This document shows, one piece after another, positions 7,722-17,722 of a stretch of 64,000 nucleotides of DNA. Positions within the stretch are counted from its first letter, which is position 1. Every line of letters begins with the position of its first letter. Under the pieces are notes generated by a model. That model had not been told where the DNA came from and ran no database searches. It saw nothing but the letters and a program-made list of their open reading frames with translations. Made by a program: the position numbers and the translations under genes. This DNA is from Gemmatimonadota bacterium (GTDB taxonomy: Bacteria > JAAXHH01), in the NCBI GenBank assembly GCA_009835325.1, contig VXWP01000117.1:33111-97110 (forward strand), written 5' to 3'.

Positions 7722-10286
7722 ATGCCAATATTCCCACCCGTCCGCAAAACCGGCGGCACTTGTTTCATCTTGGCCTGTCTGCTGTTCCTCCCAGGCATCA
7801 CGGGGGCGCAATCGCCCCAGGATCGGACCGCGACCGAAACGGACATGACGGAATCCGTAGTGGCCATGACGGGGGAAATCGAAAGGACATCGAATCCTCG
7901 ACCGTTCAGCGTTCCTCTTCCCGTATCCAAGTCGCCCTTCGACTATAGGACCCTGGATCCCGAGGACTATATGCTGGAGGCCAGACGGGTTAATGCTGCC
8001 ATCCAGGTGGACGGCCATCTGGACGAAGCCGAATGGCAGCAGGCGGATGTCGCCAAAGATTTCTTCCAGCTCGAGCCGGTTGAGGGCGCACCGGCCACTT
8101 ATCCCACCGAAGTCCGTGTAATGTACGACGACAAGAACCTGTACGTGGGATTCGTCTGCTTCGACCCGAATCCGGAGCAGATCATGGCGCCGGACATGCA
8201 ACGCGATACGAGAATGAGCTGGTCGAACGACATGGTCACGGTCGTCATCGCATCGCTCGACCACTACCGCGAAGCCTTCGAATTCCAGACCAATCCCAAC
8301 GGCGCCCGGTCCGACTCCTTCGTCAGCGCCGAAGGCAATAACTCCGACCGTGACTGGAACGGGCTGTGGAACGCGGCCAGCCAGATCTATGATTACGGAT
8401 GGTCGGCCGAGTACGTGATCCCCTTCCATACCCTCAGGTTTCCGCGACGCCGCGATCAGACGTGGGGCATTAACTTCGGACGCCGCATTCAGCGCACCCG
8501 GGAGGAATCGTTCTGGGTTCCACTGAGCCTGAGGGACGGTGACCAGGCGCTCTATCGCTTCGGCAAGGGCGGCCGGCTGACGGCCCTGTCCGACATCACG
8601 CCGGGCGGGCGGGTGCAGGCGACGCCCTTCACCGTACTCGGCGGCCAGTCTTCCCGGTTCACTGAATCCGCCCCGTCGCCCGTCCAGCCCATCGCGGCGA
8701 CGGCCCTCGACAACGACATGCAGCGGAAACTGGGCGGCGACCTGAAGGTCAGCGTTACTTCCGGGATGACGCTGAACGCCACGGTCAACCCCGATTTCGC
8801 CCAGGTGGAAGCGGACGATGAGGTCGTGAACCTTTCCCGCTTCGAATTCCAGTTCACCGAAAAGCGGCCCTTCTTCCTGGAACGCAGCGATATCTTCACC
8901 TTGAACGAGCGGCCGCAGCGCCGCGGACCTCAGCGCAACTTTGGCGACCTGACGCCCCAGCTCTTCTTCAGCCGGCGCGTTGGCCGGCAGTTGCCGGACG
9001 GACAGACCGTTCCCATCGACCTCGGGATGCGCCTTACCGGCAAGTTCGGTCACACGACCGTAGGGTTCCTGAACGTCCAGACCCGGGAGACCCGGTACGA
9101 CGACGACGGAGAGGAGAAGACGGAACCGCTGACCAACTGGCAGGCTTTGCGAGTACGGCAAGACTTTGGATCACGGTCCAGCGTGGGCATGCTGGCCACC
9201 TTCAAGGAACCGAATCCCCGGTTCGACGACCGTGTCGGAATGGCCCTGCCACGGTACGCGGAATCGGACTACAACAGGGTGTTGGGGTTCGACCTGAACC
9301 TGGCCTCACAGGCGACCAATCACCGGGGACAGATCACCTTCGCCAAGAGCTGGACGGATACGGTGAGCACCAGCAACCAGGACTGGACCTTCCGGGTTAT
9401 CGAACGGTGGCAGAATCGTTGGCTGATGTACGGCGTTTCCTTCCTGGATATCGGGGAGGACTTCATCAGCCAGACCGGGCTGGTACGGGACGAAGGCCTG
9501 CAAAGGGTCGGGGGTGGACTTACGGCCAACACTTTTCTGCGCCGGTTCGGCATACGTCGCATCAGCGGGGGCTTTCGGAGTAATTACGTGACCCGGAAGG
9601 ACACGGGCTTCTCCGATGCCGATTCCTGGTCCTTCCAGCCCAACGTGTTCCTGGAACTGGAGCGGGGTCTGTGGATTTCCGCCTCGTACGACATGCGATT
9701 CGATACACTGAGCAAAACGACGCGTATCGCCGGTGTGCATTTCCCCGAGGGATCCTATTCCTACAACCAGGCAAACATGTTCCTCTTTACCGACAGCGGC
9801 CGGAAAGTCTCCTTACAGGGCAATGTCCGGTTCGGTCGATTCTACGGTGCCGATCTGCTCAGTATTTCGAGCGAACTGTCCCTAAAGCCGAATCCCCGTT
9901 TCGCACTGGAACCGGGCATCACCCGCAGCCAGGTCGACCGGGGCAATCGAGAGGGGCTGGAGGACGACGAATACGATCATCGTACCCAGCTCATACCGAG
10001 CGTCCGGATGAGTTACGCATTCACGCCGAACCTTTCGTTCTCCTCCTTCATCCAGTTCAACGCGGACCGGCAACGGGAGATCGACGACTTCCACACGAAT
10101 ACGGTAACGATGAATCTCCTTCTCGCCTACCGGTCGCCCTTCGGCCACTCGTTCTTCCTGGCCTTCAACCAGTTCCGTGACGACGACCTCGATACCGACG
10201 GAAGCTTCGGGGTCTACGAACGGACGCCGCTAAGGCTGCGGGACCAGCAGATCGTGGCCAAGGTCTCCTACCTGTTCAACCTGTAG
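7722..10286 (+). CDS. large secreted protein with an N-terminal CBM9-like/DOMON-like domain and a DUF5916-like C-terminal region
   Basis: GGAGG lies 5 nt before ATG 7722. Signal peptide (FILACLLFLPGITGAQS). The N-terminal region (AIQVDGHLDEAEWQQA...) resembles carbohydrate-binding family-9-like domains. The domain assignment is made from memory. Confidence 0.6.
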   Translation: MPIFPPVRKTGGTCFILACLLFLPGITGAQSPQDRTATETDMTESVVAMTGEIERTSNPRPFSVPLPVSKSPFDYRTLDPEDYMLEARRVNAAIQVDGHLDEAEWQQADVAKDFFQLEPVEGAPATYPTEVRVMYDDKNLYVGFVCFDPNPEQIMAPDMQRDTRMSWSNDMVTVVIASLDHYREAFEFQTNPNGARSDSFVSAEGNNSDRDWNGLWNAASQIYDYGWSAEYVIPFHTLRFPRRRDQTWGINFGRRIQRTREESFWVPLSLRDGDQALYRFGKGGRLTALSDITPGGRVQATPFTVLGGQSSRFTESAPSPVQPIAATALDNDMQRKLGGDLKVSVTSGMTLNATVNPDFAQVEADDEVVNLSRFEFQFTEKRPFFLERSDIFTLNERPQRRGPQRNFGDLTPQLFFSRRVGRQLPDGQTVPIDLGMRLTGKFGHTTVGFLNVQTRETRYDDDGEEKTEPLTNWQALRVRQDFGSRSSVGMLATFKEPNPRFDDRVGMALPRYAESDYNRVLGFDLNLASQATNHRGQITFAKSWTDTVSTSNQDWTFRVIERWQNRWLMYGVSFLDIGEDFISQTGLVRDEGLQRVGGGLTANTFLRRFGIRRISGGFRSNYVTRKDTGFSDADSWSFQPNVFLELERGLWISASYDMRFDTLSKTTRIAGVHFPEGSYSYNQANMFLFTDSGRKVSLQGNVRFGRFYGADLLSISSELSLKPNPRFALEPGITRSQVDRGNREGLEDDEYDHRTQLIPSVRMSYAFTPNLSFSSFIQFNADRQREIDDFHTNTVTMNLLLAYRSPFGHSFFLAFNQFRDDDLDTDGSFGVYERTPLRLRDQQIVAKVSYLFNL

Positions 10287-10386
10287 GCCGACTCCATCCG
10301 TACGGACACCGGCAATTATCCCTTAGCAACTAACAGTCAGGTTCAGGGAACTATATCCTTGCCGTTTATGACCTGCCTTCTTATTA

Positions 10387-11316
10387 ATGAAGACAACCCG
10401 GAATGAACGGTTTATTATGAATTTACAGAGACAAATTACCGTGGCTTTCGCGCTTTCGATCTGCCTGCTCCTCGCCGCGCACGGCGAAGCGGCGGCACAG
10501 GATCGGAGGGATTCCGGCTGGTACGTCTCAGGCGGACTCGGTGGTAATTTCGCATACGGCCTGGACCAGTCGGGCTCGAACACGGAGTCCACGTGTTATC
10601 CCACCAGCGCCTGCTTCGATATGATTCTGCGGGACATTCCCGGCTACCGGTGGCGTTACGACCCGTCCGCCGACCGGGGTATCGGTTTCGATGCGGCCGT
10701 CGGTCGGGTGTTCGACCGCACCCGTATCGAGGTCGCGTACGCGCATCGGAAAAACAAGGTCGATCAGGGCCCGCCCCTGGAGATAACTTACCTCGACGGC
10801 AGCTCGGCGGGCGCCAGTTCCTTCCTCGGTCTGGGACTTGTTCAGGCTACCAGCATGAATTTCTTTGAAGACCTCGTGACGAGAACTGTGACCCTGAATG
10901 CCTACTACGATCTTCCCTTCGGTCCGAGCAGGATCACGCCTTACGTGGGGGTGGGAACCGGCATTGCGTTCGTAGAACTGACCAGGATCTTCTTTTCAAT
11001 CGAATACAGCGATCCATCCGGAGAGGGAACGATCTACGATCCCCCGCTGTCCTTCTACAACAGCAAGCAGGATACCAGGTTATCCGATACGGTATTCGCG
11101 GGGCATGTGTACGCGGGCGCCGACTACGGCTTGAACGACCGTGCCGCAGTCGGCCTTAAAGCGGCCTATTCGAGGGTGGACGACGTCGAACACATCGGGA
11201 CGTACGAGTACCATCCCCACTTCGATACGGATCCTTCGCTTACAAACAAAAACACGTTCAGTGCCACGAACCACTGGTCCCTGACACTGAACGTGCGTTT
11301 CCTGTTTGGAAATTGA
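10387..11316 (+). CDS. outer-membrane beta-barrel protein (porin/OmpA-like fold), hypothetical
   Basis: Signal peptide ending AAAQ. Alternating amphipathic beta-strand pattern, rich in Tyr and Gly. An alternative in-frame ATG lies at 10417. Confidence 0.55.
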   Translation: MKTTRNERFIMNLQRQITVAFALSICLLLAAHGEAAAQDRRDSGWYVSGGLGGNFAYGLDQSGSNTESTCYPTSACFDMILRDIPGYRWRYDPSADRGIGFDAAVGRVFDRTRIEVAYAHRKNKVDQGPPLEITYLDGSSAGASSFLGLGLVQATSMNFFEDLVTRTVTLNAYYDLPFGPSRITPYVGVGTGIAFVELTRIFFSIEYSDPSGEGTIYDPPLSFYNSKQDTRLSDTVFAGHVYAGADYGLNDRAAVGLKAAYSRVDDVEHIGTYEYHPHFDTDPSLTNKNTFSATNHWSLTLNVRFLFGN

Positions 11317-11322
11317 CCCTTC

Positions 11323-12693
11323 TTATCCCGTGGAATCGACGAAGACCTGGTGCGCGCTGCGGTCCTTGCCGGCATCCTGCGCATGCTGGTATGACCGGTG
11401 CTCGGACGGCTTGCCGAGCGAGGTAAGGGCCAGCATTTTCTCCGCGGTCTTCGTGGCCACGTAGGGCCGCCGGATGTCCGTAGGGTTCGCCTGGATGTGC
11501 TGCTTCCACGCGCCCAAGTCCGTCTTGGCCTGGATCAGTCCCTTGATCATCCCCATGTCGTTCAACATGGCCACGTCGTCGGCAGGTCCGAGCATGATGG
11601 CGCCGGTGATCGTGGAACCGTCCCAGATCAGCTTCCGGTAGACCGGACGATTGGCGTTTATGACCTCGGTGACGTCGCCGTCGCCGGACCAGTCGCCGAA
11701 ACTGGCGCACTGCAGGCCGCACACGTCCAGGATGTTCATCAGCAGGCTGCCGGGATACTCCACGTCCTGGCCGGCCATGTTCGCGCCCGCGATCCGGCCG
11801 TGGTCGACGGCGGTGGGCTGAATGGCGTGCACCGCCTGGCTTCCGGTGGACAGGTCCGGTCCTTCGGCCACGTCACCCGCCGCATACACGTTGGCCACGT
11901 TGGACTGGCACCGGTTGTTGACCAGGACGCCCTGATTGGTCTCGATGCCCGATCCATCGAGAAAGCCGATATTGGCCTTGATCCCCGTGGCGACGATGAC
12001 CACGTCCGCCCGGGTGGACGAGCCATCGGAAAGCTCCAGGGTCTTCACGCCGTCGTGGCCGTGATCGATGGCCTGCACGCTCACGCCTGTGTGGACTTCG
12101 ACGCCCTGGGACTCGAGCCAGGAACCCACCAGGGAAGCGCCCTGGGCGTCCAGCATGCGAGGCAGCACCTGGTCTTCCAGTTCGATCACCTTCAGACGGG
12201 CGCCGCGCTTGTGCATCGCGTTGAGGATGATGAATCCGATGAACCCGGCCCCGATGAAGGCCACCTCGGCATCGCTTCCCAGGGCTGCCACGGTCTTTTC
12301 CGCGTCGGCCACGGTCCAGAGATTATGGACGCCGTCGCCGTCCGCGCCGGGTATGTTCAGCTTCTGAGCGGATGATCCCGTAGCGATCAGCAGGTTGTCG
12401 AAGGGCACCATGGATCCGTCGCTGAGCGTGAGCATGCTCGCGTGGGGATTCACCTCGGAGACGCTGACCCCGAAGCGGGTCTTCACCCCCAGCCTGCCGA
12501 AATAGTCGTCGTCCCCGGTATTAACCTGATCGACCGGGATGTTCCCCGAGATATAGTAGGGCAGGGCCATGCGGGAGTAGGCCGGTTCGTCGGAGATCAG
12601 GGTGATGGACGCGTCCGCGTCGTAACCGCGGATCGTTTCGATGGCATTCATCCCGCCCGGTCCGCCGCCTATAATCACGTGTTCTGTCGCCAT
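11323..12693 (-). CDS. FAD/NAD(P)-dependent pyridine-nucleotide-disulfide-family oxidoreductase (AorC-like electron-transfer subunit)
   Basis: Dinucleotide-binding motifs: an N-terminal GGGPGG and a second GAGFIG. Lies immediately downstream of two AOR genes on the same strand. Confidence 0.8.
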   Translation of the reverse strand: MATEHVIIGGGPGGMNAIETIRGYDADASITLISDEPAYSRMALPYYISGNIPVDQVNTGDDDYFGRLGVKTRFGVSVSEVNPHASMLTLSDGSMVPFDNLLIATGSSAQKLNIPGADGDGVHNLWTVADAEKTVAALGSDAEVAFIGAGFIGFIILNAMHKRGARLKVIELEDQVLPRMLDAQGASLVGSWLESQGVEVHTGVSVQAIDHGHDGVKTLELSDGSSTRADVVIVATGIKANIGFLDGSGIETNQGVLVNNRCQSNVANVYAAGDVAEGPDLSTGSQAVHAIQPTAVDHGRIAGANMAGQDVEYPGSLLMNILDVCGLQCASFGDWSGDGDVTEVINANRPVYRKLIWDGSTITGAIMLGPADDVAMLNDMGMIKGLIQAKTDLGAWKQHIQANPTDIRRPYVATKTAEKMLALTSLGKPSEHRSYQHAQDAGKDRSAHQVFVDSTG

Positions 12694-12774
12694 AATCCGC
12701 TCCTTCTAAAGAAAGTACCTGAAAACAAAGTACAGATCATCCGTGGTTTGGTGGTCATCCGTGTTCGGGTTTCG

Positions 12775-14604
12775 TCACGCGAGCCCCAGTTCCATCAGTT
12801 TTTCCCTGGTGGGCTGTCCGTCCGCCGTCCAGCCCCGGGCCGCGTAGTAGTCCGGCAGCATGGCGTCGAGATCGACGGTCACCCCCGCCGAAGGCCCTTC
12901 CTTGTGGGCTTCTTCCATCAGTCTTTTCGGCAACGTGTCATCGGCCGCGGTGAGACCGGCCTTCAGGTTCCACAGCCGTTCGATGTTCCAGATCCGTTCG
13001 CCGATATGCACGAAGTCGTCCATGGTGTATTCCACGCCGGTGGCCGCGGACAGCACGGGGATCAGGTCGTCCAGGGGCGCGCCCGCCGTGGTGAACATGC
13101 AGATGCCCGTGGCGTCATGTGCCGTGGTCCGGTTCTGCTCCTCGGCCACCCAGACCGACTTCCCGTCGGTACCGTGGGGATCGTACTCGCCGCTGGTTTC
13201 GATGCCGGGCGTCCAGGCCCTCAGGTGACAGGCACCGCGGTTGCAGGTGGCATAGGCCACGCCCATGCCCTGGAATCCCCGGGGATCATAGGCCGGGAAC
13301 TCCTGCCCCTTGACGCCCATGAAGTACTCCGGATGCTCGAACTTGTCGGTCATCCGCTTGGAGCCTTCGGCCAGTTCGTCGCCGAAGCCTTCCCGGAATC
13401 CCGTGGCTTCCGTCATGGCGACCAGGGCCTTGCCGTCTCCGAACCGTAGCGCCATGCCCGTCTGCTCATCGCTCAGCAGGCCCCGCTCGTACATTTCCAT
13501 GGCCGTGGCCAGCGTGGCGCCCATGGAAATGGGGTCCATGCCCAGGTCGTTGCACAGGTAGTTGGCCATGACGATGGCGTCCATGTCGTCCACGCCGCAG
13601 TCGGCCCCCAGCGACCAGAGGTTTTCGTACTCCGGTCCCTCGCCGGCGACCTTCCAGTTGCGGGGATGCATGTTGACCATGTACTTGTCGGCGTTGGGGG
13701 ACACCTGGGTCACGCGGCCGCAGGCGATGTTGCAGGCGAAGCAGGCCTTGTTGGCGATCAGCCAGTTATCCTTGATGCTCTCCCCGTTGATCGCCTCGGT
13801 GCCTTCGAACTGGCCGGCCGTGAAATTGCGCGTCGGCAGGCCGCCGAAGGTGTTGACCAGGTCGACCGTGGGCGCCGTGCCCAATTCCGTAAGTCCCTGC
13901 CGACCGGGACTCTCCGCCAGATGTTCGTGGTAGGACCAGATGGCGGACATGTAATCCCGGGGCCGTGCGACCCGCACGCCCTGGTTGCCCCGGACGGCGA
14001 TCGCCTTCAGGTTCTTGGAACCCATGACGGCACCGACGCCGGAACGGCCGGCCGCCCGGTGCTTGTCGTTGACGATGCACGCGAACCGCACCAGGTTCTC
14101 GCCTGCCGGTCCGATGCCGGCCACCCGTAACTCGGGCATGCCGGTCTCTTCTCGGATGGCGTCCTCGGTCTCCGAGACCACCTTGCCCCACACGCCGGCG
14201 GCGTCGCGGATCTCGACGCGGTCATCGTCGACGAGGAGGTAGCACGGACGGTCCGCACGGCCTTCCACGATCACCATGTCGTAGCCGGCGAACTTGAGCT
14301 CCGGGCCCCAGTGTCCGCCCGAATTGGACGTGGTGATTGCGCCGGTGAGCGGTCCCTTGGTGACCACCATGTAGCGGGCGCCGCAGGAGGCGTTGGTGCC
14401 CGTAAGCGGTCCGGTGGCCATGATCAGCTTGTTGTCGGGACCGAGGGCGTCGACCGAGGGATCCATCTCCTCGTAGAGGTACCGGGCGGCCAGTCCGCGG
14501 CCGCCGATGTATTCCTCGGCCCAGTCCAGTCTCAGGGGCTCTTTGGTCGCCTTGCCCCGCGACAGGTCCACCCGCAGGATATGGCCGGCCCACCCGTGTG
14601 TCAT
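12775..14604 (-). CDS. tungsten-containing aldehyde:ferredoxin oxidoreductase catalytic subunit (AOR family), copy 2
   Basis: 609 aa, full-length AOR family (N-terminal MTHGWAGHILRVDL..., conserved AOR domains). About 70% identical in the N-terminal region to the upstream copy. Confidence 0.9.
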   Translation of the reverse strand: MTHGWAGHILRVDLSRGKATKEPLRLDWAEEYIGGRGLAARYLYEEMDPSVDALGPDNKLIMATGPLTGTNASCGARYMVVTKGPLTGAITTSNSGGHWGPELKFAGYDMVIVEGRADRPCYLLVDDDRVEIRDAAGVWGKVVSETEDAIREETGMPELRVAGIGPAGENLVRFACIVNDKHRAAGRSGVGAVMGSKNLKAIAVRGNQGVRVARPRDYMSAIWSYHEHLAESPGRQGLTELGTAPTVDLVNTFGGLPTRNFTAGQFEGTEAINGESIKDNWLIANKACFACNIACGRVTQVSPNADKYMVNMHPRNWKVAGEGPEYENLWSLGADCGVDDMDAIVMANYLCNDLGMDPISMGATLATAMEMYERGLLSDEQTGMALRFGDGKALVAMTEATGFREGFGDELAEGSKRMTDKFEHPEYFMGVKGQEFPAYDPRGFQGMGVAYATCNRGACHLRAWTPGIETSGEYDPHGTDGKSVWVAEEQNRTTAHDATGICMFTTAGAPLDDLIPVLSAATGVEYTMDDFVHIGERIWNIERLWNLKAGLTAADDTLPKRLMEEAHKEGPSAGVTVDLDAMLPDYYAARGWTADGQPTREKLMELGLA

Positions 14605-14714
14605 GAAGAAACTCCATTCCTCGGCTCAGGCCGGGTGATGCGGGGCCGCGCCCCGGTCACCTGACCCGGGAGCACGCCCTGCGGATCACCCTGGTTCAAA
14701 AGCCGGATCGGGCG

Positions 14715-16562
14715 CTACGCCAGTCCCAGCGACGCCAGTTTCTCCTGAGTGGGTTCGCCTTCCGCGTTCCAGCCGCGGATTTCGTAGTATTCCGGCAGCA
14801 TCTCGCCGAGTCGGTTCACTTCGCCCTTGGTCGGCCCGTCGGGGATCGGCTCTTCGAGCAGCCGCTTCGGCAGCGTGTCGTCCTTGCCCGTGAAGCCCGC
14901 CCGCTGGTTCCACATGCGCTCGATGTTCCAGACGCGCTCCCCGACCTCAAGCAGTTCGGGCACCGTGTAGGAGATGCCGGTCACCGCCTCGAGCTGGGGC
15001 TGTATCTCATCCAGGCCCACGCCGAAGGTGAGGAACAGGCAGAGGCCCGACGCGTCCACCGTGCAAGTGGCGTCCTGGAAGATCTTGGTGATCTCCGCCT
15101 TGCCTTCCGTCACGGCCGGATCCATCTTCTCCGGGATCCCCAGGATCTCGGGGGCGACCGTGTAGCTCTTCAGGTGGCAGGCGCCCCGGTTCGAGGTCGC
15201 GTAGCCCAGGCCCATGCCCTGGATCGCCCGGGCGTCGTAGGCCGGGAATTCCTGGCCGCGCACGCCCATGAAGAACTCGGGCCGGTTGAACTTGGCGGTC
15301 ATGCGCTTGGAGCCCTCGGCCAGTTCATCGCCGAAGCCTTCGCGGTAGGCCGCCTTTTCCGTCATGGCGACGAGCGCATCACCGCTCCCGAAGTTCAGCG
15401 GCATGCCGGTCTGCTCATCGCTCACGGCGCCGCTTTCGTACAGCTCCATGGCCGCGGCCAGCGTCGCCCCGAAGGAGATCGGGTCCATGCCCAGTTCGTT
15501 GCACATGGCGTTCGCCTTGATGAGCGCGTCCAGGTCGTTGATGCCGCAGTCGGCGCCCATGGCCCAGGCGTTCTCGTACTCCGGTCCTTCCACCGCGATC
15601 TTCCAGTTGTGGGGCCGGGTGGTCACGGTGAACTTGTCCTGCGCCTCGCCCGGCAGCTGAGACACCCTGCCGCAGGCGATCGTGCAGCCGAAGCAGGCCT
15701 TGTTGGCCACCAGCCGCGTATCGGCCAGGGTCTCCCCGCTGATGTTGTCCGCGCCTTCGAGCTGCGAGACCTGGTGGTTGTTCGTCGGCAGTGCGCCGCT
15801 CTCGTTGATGATGTTGACCAGCACCGCGGTGCCGTATGCGGCCAGACCCTCACCCGTTACCGGATGCTCGACCAGCTTGCTCTTCATCTCCCACATGGCC
15901 GACATGAACTTCTGCGGGTCGGCGATGGGCACGCCCCCGGTACCGCGTACGGCAATGGCTTTGAGGTTCTTTGAACCCATGACCGCGCCGACGCCGGATC
16001 GTCCGGCGGCCCGGTGCCGGTCATTGACTATGGCGGCGAAACGCACGAGGTTCTCGCCCGCCGGACCAATACAGGTAACGACTGTATCGTGCTGCCCCGA
16101 CTCCTCCCGGACGATATCATCCGTCTCCCAAACCGTCTTGCCCCACAGGTGCTCGGCGGAGCAGATCCGGACATCGTTGTCGCAGATGGAGATGTAGGAC
16201 GGAACCGGCGCCCGGCCTTCCACGATCAGCATGTCGTACCCGGCGAACTTCAGTTCCGGTCCCCAGTGGCCGCCCGAGTTGGACGTGGTGATGGCGTTGG
16301 TCAGCGCCCCCTTGGTGACCACCATGTAGCGTGAACTCGTCGAGGCGTTCGTGCCGGTCATGGGACCGGTCGCGAAAATCATCTTGTTGTCCGGGCCCAG
16401 CGCGTCCGCCGCCGGGTCCATTTCTTCATAGAGGTACCTGGCCGCGAGGCCGCGCCCGCCCACGAAGGACTTGGCCCAGTCCATGTTGAGGGGCTCTTTG
16501 GAGATCCGACCGGTGGTCAGATCGATGCGCAGGATCGTGCCTGTCCATCCGCCGTTGCTCAT
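14715..16562 (-). CDS. tungsten-containing aldehyde:ferredoxin oxidoreductase catalytic subunit (AOR family), copy 1
   Basis: True start is the internal ATG at 16562 (MSNGGWTGTILRIDL). The 726-aa track ORF is read-through. The start overlaps the ferredoxin stop as ATGA. Confidence 0.9.
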   Translation of the reverse strand: MSNGGWTGTILRIDLTTGRISKEPLNMDWAKSFVGGRGLAARYLYEEMDPAADALGPDNKMIFATGPMTGTNASTSSRYMVVTKGALTNAITTSNSGGHWGPELKFAGYDMLIVEGRAPVPSYISICDNDVRICSAEHLWGKTVWETDDIVREESGQHDTVVTCIGPAGENLVRFAAIVNDRHRAAGRSGVGAVMGSKNLKAIAVRGTGGVPIADPQKFMSAMWEMKSKLVEHPVTGEGLAAYGTAVLVNIINESGALPTNNHQVSQLEGADNISGETLADTRLVANKACFGCTIACGRVSQLPGEAQDKFTVTTRPHNWKIAVEGPEYENAWAMGADCGINDLDALIKANAMCNELGMDPISFGATLAAAMELYESGAVSDEQTGMPLNFGSGDALVAMTEKAAYREGFGDELAEGSKRMTAKFNRPEFFMGVRGQEFPAYDARAIQGMGLGYATSNRGACHLKSYTVAPEILGIPEKMDPAVTEGKAEITKIFQDATCTVDASGLCLFLTFGVGLDEIQPQLEAVTGISYTVPELLEVGERVWNIERMWNQRAGFTGKDDTLPKRLLEEPIPDGPTKGEVNRLGEMLPEYYEIRGWNAEGEPTQEKLASLGLA

Positions 16563-17050
16563 GCCGCGTTCCCTCCCTCGATGGATGTCAGGTAGGACTC
16601 GTTTACCTTCTCGGCCCATCCGCCCAGCCAGTCGGCCGACTCGCTCTCGGTGTATTCGATGGCGCCTGTCGGGCAGGCGACCGCGCAGGCCGGATTGCCG
16701 TCGCACAGATCGCACTTGAAGGCCTTCTGCGTGTCGGGATTGTAGAACACCGTGCCGAAGGGACAGGCGATGGTGCACAACCCGCAACCTACGCAGTTGG
16801 CATCGCCCACGACCTTGGCGCCGGTATCCGCGTCGATGCTGATGGCGTTCACGGGGCAAGCCGTCATGCACCAGGCTTCGTCGCACTGGAAACACGTGTA
16901 CGGCGCGTAACTGGCCTGCTCATCGAAAATGTTCACGCGGATCAGCGACCGGGATGGTTGAAACATGCCGGTCTGCACCCAGGAACATGCCAGTTCGCAC
17001 TGCATGCACCCGGTGCATTTTTCAGGGATTATGCGTAGAGATTTAGCCAT
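16559..17050 (-). CDS. ferredoxin-like electron-transfer subunit with four [4Fe-4S]-binding Cys motifs (AorA-like)
   Basis: Four CxxCxx(xx)CxxxC(P) motifs. The start was moved to ATG 17050 (MAKSLRIIPEKCTGC), which has AAGGGAG 6 nt upstream. Confidence 0.85.
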   Translation of the reverse strand: MAKSLRIIPEKCTGCMQCELACSWVQTGMFQPSRSLIRVNIFDEQASYAPYTCFQCDEAWCMTACPVNAISIDADTGAKVVGDANCVGCGLCTIACPFGTVFYNPDTQKAFKCDLCDGNPACAVACPTGAIEYTESESADWLGGWAEKVNESYLTSIEGGNAA

Positions 17051-17318
17051 ACCGACTCCCTTCTGTAACGATGAGCTGGGTTTGGAGGCGTTTCTTTCTG
17101 TAGACTTGAACAACGGTAAAAACAGCGTATATGACAGGCCACTCACGTCCGGTTTCAAGGGCCGTCATCGCGAAGGACAACGATGTATTACGTAAGGTGA
17201 TTACCTAATACTGCTTGGGGTTATTTATCAGTATAACAACTTAAAACAGAATGGCAACAGTTAAATCTGCGGTTCTGCGGGAAAGAGTCACGACGGATCG
17301 GGCTTAGGTACGGATGAT

Positions 17319-17400
17319 AGGGCCTGGCCGCGACCGACCGGGCCTGGCCACGGCTGACCTGGCCTGGCCGGCTTGCCTGTGCATCGACCCGGCCTGTTTG
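17319..17400. repeat. phased GGCCTGGCC repeats (three copies exactly 20 bp apart plus a degenerate fourth) between the GYD gene and the AOR operon
   Basis: gggcctggccgcgaccgacc / gggcctggccacggctgacc / tggcctggccggcttgcc ... cggcctg. Read directly. Confidence 0.7.
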
Positions 17401-17401
17401 C

Positions 17402-17722
17402 TTACGCTCCGGGCAACCGGTAGGTCACGCTCTTTCCCACCGCTTCGTCGATCGTCTCGGGTGAGATCAGCACCGTCGTGGATACTTCGAGCGCCCCCGC
17501 CGCGGCCACGTTGAGGGCAATCGCGGTCGCGGTCGCTTCATCGGGGATTTCGGCGATCAGTATGAGATCGTCGTCTCCCATGGCGTAATAGAATCCTTCC
17601 AGGCTGCCGCCCATCCCTTCGATCGTCTGCGAAAGGGCCGCGCGCCGGCCAGTACCACCCTCCCTGATCAGTCCCTGCAGGCCCGCTTGCGTGTACTTGG
17701 TTCGGTACATGTACTTCGCCAT
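17402..17722 (-). CDS. GYD domain-containing protein
   Basis: A ~105-aa protein MAKYMYRTKYTQAG...GFYYAMGDDDLILIAE matching the GYD family. GGAGG SD before ATG 17722. The 174-aa track ORF is an N-terminal over-extension. Confidence 0.75.
   Translation of the reverse strand: MAKYMYRTKYTQAGLQGLIREGGTGRRAALSQTIEGMGGSLEGFYYAMGDDDLILIAEIPDEATATAIALNVAAAGALEVSTTVLISPETIDEAVGKSVTYRLPGA

Noticed and set aside
14715-16895. 726-aa ORF suggesting an N-terminally extended AOR
   Set aside because: The first 111 residues are Arg-rich with no homology and overlap the ferredoxin gene in another frame. A canonical AOR N-terminus begins at internal ATG 16562, coupled to the ferredoxin stop.
17160-17320. Possible sigma-54 promoter (TGGCAacagtTAAAT) near the aor upstream region
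   Set aside because: The -12 element (TTGC) is absent and the motif is on the wrong strand for the minus-strand aor operon.
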